Below, piece after piece: positions 35,186 through 45,824 of a stretch of DNA of 64,000 nt. A program made the translations under genes and the position numbers. Position 1 is the stretch's first letter; the number at the start of each line of letters is the position of its first letter. Below the pieces are notes generated by a model, which was given only the letters and a program-made list of their open reading frames with translations, was not told the DNA's origin and ran no database searches. The DNA is taken from the sequence record LC597490.1; one strand, written 5' to 3'.

Positions 35186-36184
35186 TTACTTAACTACTAC
35201 GTACTCTTTTGCAGCTGTGATATAAATGCCAGATTTCGTTTTATACATTTTGTATCCATCTACAGTAAGCACTTCAGTAATTGTTAATGCTGTGCCTTTG
35301 TTGATTTGTTTCCCTTTGTCATTCCAGTTAGCAGAGTTGTAAGTGTACAATCCATCAACTAGCGCCACAACAAGCTTGCCTACTTCATTAGCTTGAGGCG
35401 CTGGGATAAAATCCACGAAGTCTTTGATAATCCAAGCGTCACCGCCGACATTGTACCATCCGTTTTGTTCAGCCCATACGATGTAAGTTTCGCCTTGGCG
35501 AGCTTTACCGTCACCTTGATAACCAGTACCAGGAGCGATATCGTAGTTTGTGCCTGGACCTTTACGAATGTTTACAACATCACCTGTTACAGTTAATGTT
35601 CCGTAACGACCATCAGATGGAGGAGCTACAGTACCGCCACCACCAGTGCTTCCACCAGTAGAGCCGCCACCTACTGTTTGACCAGTTAAAGCTTTAACAA
35701 TAGAGTTAGCGATTTTGTCTGTGTTCCATTTACCCATGTCACCAGCGTTGTCAATGAAGCCAAGCTCGATTAAGATCGCTGGAGCAGCAGTGTTGTTTAA
35801 CACATAAAGGTCTGTACGAGGTTTAGCACCACGGTTAGACCAGCCGATGTCATCAGAAAGCTGTTTAGAAACCTTAGCTGCTAGAGCTTGTTGGTCATAA
35901 TAGCAAACCTCAACACCATTTGCAGTTCCATTGAACGCATTCAAGTGAAGCGAGATGTCTAAGTCTACCTTATGAGCATTACACTTAGCTACGATGTTTC
36001 GAAGGTTAGCAGACTGAGTTGCTCCTACCTCATCAGTACAGTCATAAACTGTATGACCAAGGGCACGAAGTTTTGAGATTAAAGCGTCTTTTACCTGACG
36101 GTCTAAGATGTGCTCTTTCCCAAATTGAGAGTTTGCTCCCATTACGATTCCGTTGTGACCACCGTGTACGTTATAAGTTGCCAT
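35186..36184 (-). CDS. endolysin: Amidase_3 N-acetylmuramoyl-L-alanine amidase with SH3b-like cell-wall-binding domains
   Basis: VHGGH, KEH, ISLHLNA, AILIELGFIDN; Gly linker; VNIRKGPGTNY; ATG 36184 after AGGAG. Confidence 0.93.
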   Translation of the reverse strand: MATYNVHGGHNGIVMGANSQFGKEHILDRQVKDALISKLRALGHTVYDCTDEVGATQSANLRNIVAKCNAHKVDLDISLHLNAFNGTANGVEVCYYDQQALAAKVSKQLSDDIGWSNRGAKPRTDLYVLNNTAAPAILIELGFIDNAGDMGKWNTDKIANSIVKALTGQTVGGGSTGGSTGGGGTVAPPSDGRYGTLTVTGDVVNIRKGPGTNYDIAPGTGYQGDGKARQGETYIVWAEQNGWYNVGGDAWIIKDFVDFIPAPQANEVGKLVVALVDGLYTYNSANWNDKGKQINKGTALTITEVLTVDGYKMYKTKSGIYITAAKEYVVVK

Positions 36185-36218
36185 TGAACCATCTCCTATT
36201 AATTTATTCGACAATCAC

Positions 36219-36821
36219 TTACAAGTTACGTGGCAAGGATTGTCGTGCGTGGTGTGGTAATCCCTTCTCTAAATTGTCTAAATGTACATCGTGTAAGTGG
36301 CGTAAAGCCAACTGGATTACCACGATAGACAATATGATTTGTAAAACAAATGCGATGATAGTGTAGTAATCAAATGGAGTAGTATGCTGGTGTATCCCCA
36401 GCCAACTGAAGATTGGTAATGTCATAGCTAACGTTCTAATAGAAAAAGAGAATACGATTACACAATAGAGGATGTGCATAGAAGATTGTAAGTGCTTCTC
36501 TAAATAACGGTAACACCAGACTGCACTGAAGAGATACAAACTATTTATAACCATTAGACTCAGAAATGTATAGTCCTGAACCACATTTTTTTCAAAAAAG
36601 AATGTGACGATTGTCCAAAGTAAAGCCAGAGGAAAGCTAATTGCATATCCTCCAACTAAAACTGCGAATAAAGCGGGGATTGCGGCAATGTCTATCATTC
36701 TGGAATCTGACAGTGGGATGTACCCTAATCTTGTACCTGCTAAGATAAGTACAGGTAATGAAAAGAAAATGCCTACTAATAATCTACTTTTTAACATACA
36801 CATTCTGCTATGGTGTTTCAT
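36219..36821 (-). CDS. multi-TM membrane protein resembling an ECF transporter S component
   Basis: about 6 hydrophobic segments; TRLGYIPL...IAAIPALFAVLVGG pattern. Confidence 0.6.
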   Translation of the reverse strand: MKHHSRMCMLKSRLLVGIFFSLPVLILAGTRLGYIPLSDSRMIDIAAIPALFAVLVGGYAISFPLALLWTIVTFFFEKNVVQDYTFLSLMVINSLYLFSAVWCYRYLEKHLQSSMHILYCVIVFSFSIRTLAMTLPIFSWLGIHQHTTPFDYYTIIAFVLQIILSIVVIQLALRHLHDVHLDNLEKGLPHHARQSLPRNL

Positions 36822-37344
36822 GTTTACTCACATCCTTTTCTGTAACTTCCCCTTCGTTTGTTGGAGTAGCTACTGTTGGTTGCGGCTGACCTCCTTGGTC
36901 TGCTTGTTGTTGTTCTTCCAATAACCCTTGAGGCATTTTAGGACGAACCATAGCCATGTATAATGTCTCTAAGTGCATTGCCAACTTCACATGACCTAGC
37001 TTCGCAGTATTCTTGATAGAAGAAAGAATCTCTAAACCTACCAACATAGTGATAAGCGCCCATCTAGAAGTGTCTGGAAGACCAGCTACCATGTCGAATG
37101 CATGAAACATTATAATCCATAAAGAGTAACCGAAGATTTTGTTTACTAACTTAGAACCAAGTAGACCCCAAGTGAAGGTCTTCTCCTTTCTTGCTACTTG
37201 AACACCGAACCATAAGTCAACTAAGATTACCGCAACTAGGTAAGACATTTGGATATCAACAGGACCCAATAGAAAAACTATCAATCCTTTGATGTACAAC
37301 ATCGGTTCTTGTAAATGTGTTAATAAAGAAGTATGCCAGTTCAT
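36808..37344 (-). CDS. holin (Phage_holin_4_1-like)
   Basis: FLLG..D....LVAVILVDLWFG, K...Y...II, EILS..KN..KLG. Confidence 0.75.
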   Translation of the reverse strand: MNWHTSLLTHLQEPMLYIKGLIVFLLGPVDIQMSYLVAVILVDLWFGVQVARKEKTFTWGLLGSKLVNKIFGYSLWIIMFHAFDMVAGLPDTSRWALITMLVGLEILSSIKNTAKLGHVKLAMHLETLYMAMVRPKMPQGLLEEQQQADQGGQPQPTVATPTNEGEVTEKDVSKHETP

Positions 37345-37389
37345 AACATCAACCCGCTTTCGTAGGAATATTCCTCCCCAATGGAACTC

Positions 37390-38652
37390 CTACCACTCTC
37401 CAACTTCTTTTACATAGTATGGTAGTTTGAGAGAAGAGATAATCGGCATTATATCGCCTTGTTTCTTGAGTATCGTTTTCACGTATACTTTCTGCATATC
37501 TGCCATTACCTCGTGACCGAATGGAAACTCGTGCGTTAATTCTTTATTGTAATACAGTTTGTGTTCAATCAATCCATTCACATTGGTCAAGTTCCCTACG
37601 GCTGTTTCAATAGAAGGTTTATCTATGCGGTGGAATCGTTTAGTTGTGCCCTCTAAGCTGAACGTCGATACGAACTCAACTTCTTGTTTGTCGAATTGTT
37701 GGTAGCATAAGTTGATGTCTTGGAATCCGTAAACGAAGTCTCGATTGTCTTCATGTTGAAACCAATAGCGTTGTGTAAAGTGGATTTTAATCTCCGCCAT
37801 TTCTGTACGTGGGAAAGATAAGTACAGCTTACCAGCAGATTCAATTGGAGAAGGTAGTTCTTGCCCTTTCCCGTCACGATAAACTGGATAATTCGGAAGT
37901 CGGTGCCATGACTCTCCCATTCCCTTATATTGAATATCAGTAATTGTCATACTGTATTCAGGGTACGGATGAAGTAATAACGTATTCGTAAATGCATTAT
38001 TAACTACATCCAACGGAACTTTAATATGCAGAATCCCATATACTTCACGAATTGCAGATTTGTTGGGGAAAGAAGATGTGTGAACCCAGAATGTATTTTT
38101 GTTAAGGTCTATTGCCTTATTCATCTCTTTATCTTCAACCATGTAGAACTTTCGATCTTTAGTTTCTTCATCTATTTCCTGTCTATCATTGCTTTCATAT
38201 AGAGTCATGCTTAAACTAGATGGTATACCCACTTCCTTATTATCGAAAATATGAACAAGCTTAGGTATAACTGCACTCTCAGGAATACGGATGTGACCAT
38301 ATATTGGGTCAATAAGAGCTTGACGTTCTATATTACCATCAGACAGATTATCTAAAGTATAGAAGTTCTGTGTGAATTCTCGTCGCCCTTTATCTTTATT
38401 CTCTGCTTTGTTTTGGTACTGGATGTCAGCAAGTTTACCTTCTAGTTCATGCAATTTTCGATGTAGGAAAAAGTTCTCTCGTAATAATACGTCCATGTTT
38501 TCCCCTATCAGTTTATCTTGAACATTTACGGTATCAAACAAACGAACAAGGTCGGTATGGATATCATTGCGAATCTTATTAAATTCAGTAGAGCTAGATG
38601 GTGCTCTATGAATGTTTGGATTTTGTTGGCTAATAGGCTGCATATAACTCAC
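37390..38652 (-). CDS. putative virion structural protein
   Basis: 420 aa; shared N-terminal motif SSTEFNKIRNDIHTDLVRLF; RBS AAAGGAGTGAG. Confidence 0.65.
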   Translation of the reverse strand: MSYMQPISQQNPNIHRAPSSSTEFNKIRNDIHTDLVRLFDTVNVQDKLIGENMDVLLRENFFLHRKLHELEGKLADIQYQNKAENKDKGRREFTQNFYTLDNLSDGNIERQALIDPIYGHIRIPESAVIPKLVHIFDNKEVGIPSSLSMTLYESNDRQEIDEETKDRKFYMVEDKEMNKAIDLNKNTFWVHTSSFPNKSAIREVYGILHIKVPLDVVNNAFTNTLLLHPYPEYSMTITDIQYKGMGESWHRLPNYPVYRDGKGQELPSPIESAGKLYLSFPRTEMAEIKIHFTQRYWFQHEDNRDFVYGFQDINLCYQQFDKQEVEFVSTFSLEGTTKRFHRIDKPSIETAVGNLTNVNGLIEHKLYYNKELTHEFPFGHEVMADMQKVYVKTILKKQGDIMPIISSLKLPYYVKEVGEW

Positions 38653-38658
38653 TCCTTT

Positions 38659-39420
38659 CTATAGCATTTGTTTAAGTTGATGTGATGCGTAATCTAACCG
38701 TGGCTTTAAATCTACTTCTAGGGGACTCACATTACAAGGTACTTCTTCCATTCTCCATACTTCATAAGAGAGAATATCAATAACCCCTTTTTCTAATACA
38801 CTTGGTGTTCTGGAAACATCTATGTTAAATGTAACCATTCCACGCTCATCTGTCGAGAACCTTGTGTCAAAACATTCATCTTTTTCTGTTGATAAAATCT
38901 CAGAATAGAAATGACCTTTTCTTGCATTCACGCTTTCACTACCGAAAGCGAATTGATTTGTGTTTCCACTCACACCTCTTGCAAGAATACGTACATAGAA
39001 TCTATCTCCTTCTTCAGCCATAATGGAGAAACGAATGCCACATGGTGAATCTAAAGCTGGGTTTTCTAAACGGATGCGGTCAATCTGTTTTGTCATCTTA
39101 CACTGTCCATATACTTCCCAAGCTAACTCTTTCCATTTGTCAGTAACAACAGATTCCGTTGTCTTACAGATAGAAGTAGAAGTTGGAACATTGCAAGCTG
39201 GGTTCTTTTGACCATGTGTATAATAATTGAAGTTGTTATCAATCTTATGACTAAGACCTTCTTCTCCTGTTCCTTCATTCTCATATATCTTTGTATATAA
39301 GAAGCGTAAGTCATGAACAGATTCTTGAACAAAGTTATGATATCCTTCTATGGTAGTTGGGCCACGGAAAGGAGCATTTGCCCGAACAACTGTCGGGCGA
39401 TAATCTACTCGTTGTTTCAT
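38659..39420 (-). CDS. putative virion structural protein
   Basis: motif FRGPTTIEGYHNFVQESVHDLRFLY; jelly-roll-like C-terminus; RBS GAGGAGG. Confidence 0.65.
   Translation of the reverse strand: MKQRVDYRPTVVRANAPFRGPTTIEGYHNFVQESVHDLRFLYTKIYENEGTGEEGLSHKIDNNFNYYTHGQKNPACNVPTSTSICKTTESVVTDKWKELAWEVYGQCKMTKQIDRIRLENPALDSPCGIRFSIMAEEGDRFYVRILARGVSGNTNQFAFGSESVNARKGHFYSEILSTEKDECFDTRFSTDERGMVTFNIDVSRTPSVLEKGVIDILSYEVWRMEEVPCNVSPLEVDLKPRLDYASHQLKQML
38828..38856 (-). promoter_or_regulatory. candidate intragenic promoter of the TGGT-TACNTT class
   Basis: TCGACA-N17-TACATT with TGGT, about 180 nt upstream of the 38652 start. Confidence 0.35.
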
Positions 39421-39432
39421 AATGAGCCTCCT

Positions 39433-41517
39433 CTAGCTAAACAAGATACGATAGCGTTTTAGTTTTGGAGAGATATCTGTCTTCACACGATCTCTGCTAA
39501 ACTCTGCTTTAAACAGAATCTTGTCTTTGATATCTCCTTCTATTTGATTAAAGAAGAATTCATATTCTAAACCTGGAATTGCATGGTTTGTAATTACATA
39601 AATCTCATCTTCTTTTTCAAGCAAAGCATACTTCGTAATGTCTGTATTTTTTACGTTGTATCTTAAATCAAATAGTAAAACCTTCTTCATTGTCTCTGCT
39701 CTACTATATACATAAGAACCAACTTCTCGTGGGTCAAATCCTACGTTGATAGTAGAACCATTACTGTTCTGGATGTTTTTTGTATAAGCAAGGACAACCA
39801 TTTCATTCCAACCATTTTCAAATACATATGTTAAAACTGTACTTTCACTTGGAACACCCTTGAACAATTCTTTACCATTAATATAGATAGCAATTGGTTC
39901 TGTACTAGCAGGGATACTACGCACCTCAGTTGTTTGCTCTTCACAGAATACACCTAGTGTATACATATAGCTTCGAGCTTCTTTCTGAATTGTTTTATCC
40001 ATTAATAAGCTAGGCTTACCATCCTGCATTGGAACATAATCATAAGCAACCGTATCTAATGTTCTATTCCAATCTTCAATAGAAGGAATATGGTCTTTAT
40101 GGTCTGGGTATTGACCAGCAAAGTATTTAACACCCCATGCATTCTTACCCATATATAATCTCTCTGTATTCTCAATGATTCCTTTGTGCTTAATACTTCC
40201 TATCTTGTAGAAGGAAATGCCATTGGCTCTTAACTCAGGAAGTTCATGTTCTGAAATGGAGATATCTTTGCGGACAGATAAGAGAGTTGGCGGAGCATTC
40301 ATGATGTTTTTAAAATCAATGATTTGCTCATACTTAGGAGTCTTGTCATTACGAGGTGAGATACGTTTCCACTCTATTTCTCCTTCTGCTGGAGGTAGAG
40401 CAATAAAATATTCTAAGTTAGAACCATGAGGAACGAAGTCATCTACTTCTAATGATACTTGGTTAATTGTGAAGTTCTGGTTCGGTAAAGCTTGTACCTC
40501 AAGTGGTTTTGTTTGCATTGTAGCAGACTCAGCAAATGATAACTGATAGAAACGAATTTGTTTTAATCCAAATATATAGTGCTGTAGCATCTGGTCTTTT
40601 GTTTTCCCAGGTACATCTTCCAAATCAGGAATCTTTTTAGATAGAACAATACGTACAGCCGTCGCTTCAATCGTAGGGAAGTCAAATGATGTTGCATCCA
40701 TAACGAACTCACCATTCTCATGATAAGGAAGCTTGAACCAGTTCAATCCATCTGGAGTAAACTCGACTCTCATATATGTTTCTTTCGGACTAAGCATCTC
40801 GCATTCTACTCTATTCATTCTTTGCTTAGATTCAAATGAAAGAAGTAAGTATGATACAACTTCCTCTTTAATAGAAGAAACTACTCGTTCTTGCCAGAAT
40901 TCATTACGTCCATCTTCTAGGATATAGGATGGATAACCACTTAACCGTTCCTGTTTCACATGTTCTTTAATTTCATCTGCAATAGAGAAACGAACATTTG
41001 TAGCAGGAGTAATACGGGTAGATGTATTCCATGCATTCGAGATGCTTACTTCATGCTGTTTGATATCTATAAATGCATCAGACTTAGATTGGTCGATTTT
41101 ATTCGCATCATCAAATACATCGTACACACTATTTAATATACCAGCTTGACTATAGATTAATGCCAGCTCTTTTAATTTCTGTTCAAGTGCTCGTACTTCA
41201 TACATCAGTTTATTCTTACCAACCTCAAACTTATTTAGCTTTTGGTTTAGTAAGTCATGAAGTTCTTTTGTATTCTCATACAGTAAGTACAAGTCCTTAT
41301 AGATGTTATCTAAGTCTGCATTATACATTGTAGAAGAAGCTTGTTGCTGCGGACGTACAGAATGGAAATCATAAAGAGGTTGTGATAAAGGATGTTGATC
41401 TAGCTCGTAGTTTAGTCGCCCTAAGAACTCGTGACTAGATGGTAAGTTACCTTTTTGTAATTCACTTTTTAGGATACGCTCAACGGTTTCATCAAAACGT
41501 TTTTCTTTAATACCCAT
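39433..41517 (-). CDS. putative virion structural protein
   Basis: ATG 41517 after AGGAGGTG; motif SSTMYNADLDNIYKDLYLLY; discoidin-like middle. Confidence 0.7.
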   Translation of the reverse strand: MGIKEKRFDETVERILKSELQKGNLPSSHEFLGRLNYELDQHPLSQPLYDFHSVRPQQQASSTMYNADLDNIYKDLYLLYENTKELHDLLNQKLNKFEVGKNKLMYEVRALEQKLKELALIYSQAGILNSVYDVFDDANKIDQSKSDAFIDIKQHEVSISNAWNTSTRITPATNVRFSIADEIKEHVKQERLSGYPSYILEDGRNEFWQERVVSSIKEEVVSYLLLSFESKQRMNRVECEMLSPKETYMRVEFTPDGLNWFKLPYHENGEFVMDATSFDFPTIEATAVRIVLSKKIPDLEDVPGKTKDQMLQHYIFGLKQIRFYQLSFAESATMQTKPLEVQALPNQNFTINQVSLEVDDFVPHGSNLEYFIALPPAEGEIEWKRISPRNDKTPKYEQIIDFKNIMNAPPTLLSVRKDISISEHELPELRANGISFYKIGSIKHKGIIENTERLYMGKNAWGVKYFAGQYPDHKDHIPSIEDWNRTLDTVAYDYVPMQDGKPSLLMDKTIQKEARSYMYTLGVFCEEQTTEVRSIPASTEPIAIYINGKELFKGVPSESTVLTYVFENGWNEMVVLAYTKNIQNSNGSTINVGFDPREVGSYVYSRAETMKKVLLFDLRYNVKNTDITKYALLEKEDEIYVITNHAIPGLEYEFFFNQIEGDIKDKILFKAEFSRDRVKTDISPKLKRYRILFS

Positions 41518-41518
41518 A

Positions 41519-43333
41519 CTACACCTCCTCCTGTAGAGTAACACGTAATGCATAATCTTCTAATACTGGTGTATAGAATTTATAGATGTCTTCATCACTA
41601 TCACGTTTCTTTTCGATAACAGGACGAGATAGAACCATCTTTAACCTTACGCTTGTTACTTCTTTTTTCGATTCAATAATACCTTTATATAAACCATACT
41701 GATTATCTAATACACTTTGCTTCCCATTGATTTCATAAATCTTTGGTGGGAACTTATCATTCACAGGTTGATGGTGCATAGGAGATATTGGCGACCAGTT
41801 TACATCATCTACAGAAATAAAATACTGAATCCAATCTTGTGATGTACTTACTAAGTCTGTAAACAATGGAGGTATCTTCTCATTTGCATACAACATAATC
41901 TTTTCAATTGGTTGTGTCGTTTCAAACTTAGTGGAGAAGATTTCACTTTTCTCTACAAACTCATAACTCATGATGTTAATATCACGAATACCAATAGCGT
42001 ATCTCCAGCCTGGAAATGCTTCTACAGCCTTCTTAATCTTTACATTGTCTTGTAGGCTATGCTCACCAATCTCAGCTGTTATTAAGCGTGCAGGAACCTG
42101 AGAAGAAGGGACTCTCGTTCTCTTCTCTGTCTCTTGACCAACAGCATTACGACTCTTACGAATCTCTTCATAATACGTATGACCAATTAATTCTTCATAC
42201 GCTTCGTTCTGGTCGAACACAACTTCAATGTACTTTGCCTTACGTGAAGGGAATACCCATACACCTTGTCCAGCAAACTTAGAAGATTCGAAGTCATTGT
42301 CACCAGTGAATAATTCATCTTCACGATAACTTTGGGATGTCGTATTCAAGGATGTATTTAGTACGTACTCCCCTTCTTCATAGATACCTTTGTAATCAAA
42401 ACCATCTTCTGAAGTACGAAGAGAATATACAATGACTTTCCCTGTAGAGAATACAGGATGATACGGCGCAATACTAATCCAGTTAATATCTTCTGGTTGT
42501 TCCAATTCAATAACAAGTTTCATACGTAATGTATCGCCTTGTTTCTCGCCATTTAACCATTCGAAGTCATATCCTTTTGGTTCACCCATTACTAATGACT
42601 TATCAATATTCACCATCTCATATTCGAAAATACTATCTGGCCTATTATCAATAAGAGCAGCAGGGTTATTATTTGGAATCTGTTCTTCTAAGTATGAATA
42701 AACTGTTTCACCTTTTTTATTAATCATACGTCTAGCTAAATGCTTTGTACCGTATTCACCATTACCATCTATAGAACGAACCTTAGCCTTTTGACTTCTA
42801 TTTAAACTAGAAGAACGTGCTAATGTAACAATACCTTCATTGGTAGATACATGAGCTGCGGTTCCCATATTCATCTCTTCTTCGATTAGCTTCTTATCAT
42901 TAAAGCTATCTTTAAAGTAGACACTGTTTTCCGTTTGTTCTTTTGCAAGTAACTGAAGGTCATTCGCCACATTCGCTAAACTCTTAATTCGATCATGAAC
43001 CTTTTGTTTTTCTGTTTGTGCATAGTTGAAGTAATCGGAAGCAAACGTACCCATCTCTTCAATATCACCATACAGAATATTTACATCTTCTACCATTTCT
43101 TTTGTATTCTCATTGTATTCTTCAAAGAAAGGGAAATGTCCTTCTTCTGCATAACGTTTTTGAAGTAAAGGATTTCCAAGGTTCTTATAGAAGTATTCAA
43201 TCGTTTGACCAACGTAAGCAGATACTTGTTCTTTTGTTGCATCCTTACCTAGCTTTGCAACAGCTTGTGTTGTTAAATACTCCATCTGTCTTTCAAGAAT
43301 CTTTGATTTAATAGTTAAAGACGACAATGCCAT
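41519..43333 (-). CDS. putative virion structural protein (paralog of 39433)
   Basis: EEYNENTKEMVEDVNILY; FPSRKAKYIEVVF; RYAIGIRDI. Confidence 0.7.
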   Translation of the reverse strand: MALSSLTIKSKILERQMEYLTTQAVAKLGKDATKEQVSAYVGQTIEYFYKNLGNPLLQKRYAEEGHFPFFEEYNENTKEMVEDVNILYGDIEEMGTFASDYFNYAQTEKQKVHDRIKSLANVANDLQLLAKEQTENSVYFKDSFNDKKLIEEEMNMGTAAHVSTNEGIVTLARSSSLNRSQKAKVRSIDGNGEYGTKHLARRMINKKGETVYSYLEEQIPNNNPAALIDNRPDSIFEYEMVNIDKSLVMGEPKGYDFEWLNGEKQGDTLRMKLVIELEQPEDINWISIAPYHPVFSTGKVIVYSLRTSEDGFDYKGIYEEGEYVLNTSLNTTSQSYREDELFTGDNDFESSKFAGQGVWVFPSRKAKYIEVVFDQNEAYEELIGHTYYEEIRKSRNAVGQETEKRTRVPSSQVPARLITAEIGEHSLQDNVKIKKAVEAFPGWRYAIGIRDINIMSYEFVEKSEIFSTKFETTQPIEKIMLYANEKIPPLFTDLVSTSQDWIQYFISVDDVNWSPISPMHHQPVNDKFPPKIYEINGKQSVLDNQYGLYKGIIESKKEVTSVRLKMVLSRPVIEKKRDSDEDIYKFYTPVLEDYALRVTLQEEV

Positions 43334-43345
43334 GTTATCACCTCT

Positions 43346-44794
43346 TTACTTCATAGTTTTTGTTTTTAATGTATAGTGCTGAACCTGTGGAGATACTGTT
43401 GCATCATCAAGTGTATTTCTACGTAAGATGATTTTCACACGGAATGTAGATACTAAATAATCATAGGAAGCTACAATTGTACCGCTACCATGATTCTTAA
43501 CAAGTTCATCATAGATTGTAGATGGTTTGAATGTTTCAGTGAAGATGAGCTTATTACCTTCTTGGTAATATTCTAATCCTTTGTAACGTTCGTCTTTTAC
43601 AAGAGAGTATGGTTTTAATAGCGGCCACTCACCTGTTTTATAATTCGTTCTATTATACATATACACTTCTTGCTTCTCATCACCAGTGAATGGTTTAACT
43701 TCACGAACAGTTTTACCATCTGGTATTGCAATCTGTGCATCTTTAATAGAAACCTCAATTGGCTTATACGAAGCCGTATTTGGATTGTATTCTTTCGTTT
43801 GTTGAATTGCCTCATAGTTTACGTAAGGGTATTTAGAAAGCATTAACGTTTTGTTATGATTCGTCCCAGTTGGGAATTCATCTACTTGTTTACGAATAGA
43901 CAATTCTTGTTGAGCAATATCTATTGTCCATGGGTTTCCATCTGGCGTGTAGTCAATTGTGTAAATACCAAACTGGTCTACACTTTCTTGTAGCTGGATT
44001 GTTCTATTACCAACTAAAGTCCAGAATCTGTTTTCTAAAACCAATCCATTCTTATAGATAACTGGTTTGAATGAAGCAGATAGACTAGCAGGGAATCGAA
44101 GTTCTGTTGTTCTCTTGCCATCAAATAGTAAACGTTCACTCTTAATGAGCTTCTGTCCTTCTGGTAAGATAGCGTGCCAATCTTTTAATGTAGGTCTAGG
44201 TACATAAGATACATAGTATTCAACAGATGTTTGCTGACTCGTACTCTTACCACCAACTTCATCAAAGATCGGATGATATTCTGCGGCCGCTAATGATACT
44301 TCCATAACGTTTCCTTCTACTTCAAAAGGCGTACTAACTGAAATAGAGTTCTCTTCATATTGTTTATGCATGAAAGAGATATTACGAAGACCGTAGATGT
44401 ATTCGAACTTTTCTTTTCCACTTTCTGATTCTTCTGCTGAAGCTGACATAGGAGAGATTGGTGGAGGTCCAGGTATTTGATTGCTCTCTGGTTTTACAGA
44501 AGATGCATACACTGGAGAAGAAGATGCTGGTGATGTTGGATTCTCTACACTCTTTACAGCAGTTTTACTTTCCTCAATCCATTTTTCAGATAGAGGATTT
44601 CGAATAATAGGAAGCTGTTCATCTTTTGGAGGAATTGATATGGTTTCATTACCACCAGAATTATCTTCCTTCTTAATTGATTCAGCATAGATTGTTTCTG
44701 TATCTACAGATTCAACTAGCTTTTGAGATGTTTCCGTCCATGTAGAATTTTCATTCTCAGGGAATGTTTCAAATACATTTCTAATCTTTGGCAT
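43346..44794 (-). CDS. putative virion structural protein
   Basis: low-complexity N-terminus, then EYIYGLRNISF...SVEYYVS; RBS GGAGG. Confidence 0.65.
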   Translation of the reverse strand: MPKIRNVFETFPENENSTWTETSQKLVESVDTETIYAESIKKEDNSGGNETISIPPKDEQLPIIRNPLSEKWIEESKTAVKSVENPTSPASSSPVYASSVKPESNQIPGPPPISPMSASAEESESGKEKFEYIYGLRNISFMHKQYEENSISVSTPFEVEGNVMEVSLAAAEYHPIFDEVGGKSTSQQTSVEYYVSYVPRPTLKDWHAILPEGQKLIKSERLLFDGKRTTELRFPASLSASFKPVIYKNGLVLENRFWTLVGNRTIQLQESVDQFGIYTIDYTPDGNPWTIDIAQQELSIRKQVDEFPTGTNHNKTLMLSKYPYVNYEAIQQTKEYNPNTASYKPIEVSIKDAQIAIPDGKTVREVKPFTGDEKQEVYMYNRTNYKTGEWPLLKPYSLVKDERYKGLEYYQEGNKLIFTETFKPSTIYDELVKNHGSGTIVASYDYLVSTFRVKIILRRNTLDDATVSPQVQHYTLKTKTMK

Positions 44795-44808
44795 GTTCGC
44801 CCTCCTTC

Positions 44809-45726
44809 CTATTCATTCATTTCTTTCTTATGTTTCTCTAGTCCAATATTCTTATCATGTTGCCAATCTCCAACATACTTCTGCTCTTGTCTTTGTTTAG
44901 CTAAATCATACATGTAATACAATACTTCATCAGACCATCTTGCTGCACCTTGTTTTACAGAAGGCAACCAGCCATTTTCCATTCTCCATAAAGCTTGTTT
45001 CGTTAATTTAGCTACCTTGTCATTGTATGGTTGACGTTTGTAATTCTCTTGTCTAAATACAATTGTGAACCGTCTAGCTAATACCGCTGGGAATTGGAAC
45101 GTCATTGTTTTTACACTTGCATCCACCTTATTACGGAATACTAATTCTTTACGAGGATGGAATGTTTCAATATCTTCTTCATAAGAAATAGATACAGCTT
45201 CCATAGGTAGTTCACAGAATGGTTCGATATTGATTTCACTAACAGGTTTTGGTCTGTCAAAAGTAACGTGAATTTTTACATAAGCCCCACCTTCAGGTAA
45301 TAGCTCTTTCTCAATACCCTCAACTACTTTTTCATCTACATCAGATGGTTTCTTTCCAATCTGTTCTTTTAAAGTTAGGAAAGCCAGTTCACTAATTTCG
45401 ATTTGGGATACAGAGTTCTCTGCTCGTAAATCCATCTGTACTTCAAAGTCATGAGCAAATGGATTCAATGAGTCTCCAGCCCAAGGCCATTCATAAGGGT
45501 ACTTAGAAATGAGTCGCCATAGTAAGTCTAGTGATTCAAGTAATCTAGCACCTGGATTTGCTACACGAATTTTATCAATGGTTTCTCCAATCCGTTTATC
45601 TTTACTAGATGTAGGAACAAGTGCAGCGACTTGTTTTGCATTATCAAGAGGATGTGGAAATGTAATTTTCCATAATCCTTCTCGTTCTTGTATGGAAACG
45701 GATATAGCGTATTCTACTTTATACAT
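44809..45726 (-). CDS. putative virion structural protein
   Basis: IHVTFDRPKPVSEINIEPF...FQFPAVLARRFTIVFRQENY; RBS AAGGAGG. Confidence 0.65.
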   Translation of the reverse strand: MYKVEYAISVSIQEREGLWKITFPHPLDNAKQVAALVPTSSKDKRIGETIDKIRVANPGARLLESLDLLWRLISKYPYEWPWAGDSLNPFAHDFEVQMDLRAENSVSQIEISELAFLTLKEQIGKKPSDVDEKVVEGIEKELLPEGGAYVKIHVTFDRPKPVSEINIEPFCELPMEAVSISYEEDIETFHPRKELVFRNKVDASVKTMTFQFPAVLARRFTIVFRQENYKRQPYNDKVAKLTKQALWRMENGWLPSVKQGAARWSDEVLYYMYDLAKQRQEQKYVGDWQHDKNIGLEKHKKEMNE

Positions 45727-45748
45727 ATTTAACCTCCTTTATTTCAAT

Positions 45749-45781
45749 AAAAAAGGACGGGCAGCCGTACGCCGCCCACCC
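45749..45781 (-). terminator. GC-rich intrinsic terminator
   Basis: GGGTGGGCGGC-GTACG-GCTGCCCGTCC then T6. Confidence 0.75.
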
Positions 45782-45824
45782 CAGGAGAGAATTCAAATGG
45801 CTAAAAAGGGTTTCCCCTTGCTTA

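Noticed and set aside
45509-45796. Upstream part of the 133-aa plus-strand ORF
   Set aside because: It is antisense to the 44809 gene and crosses a terminator; only the RBS-bearing last 37 codons are kept, as a low-interest note.
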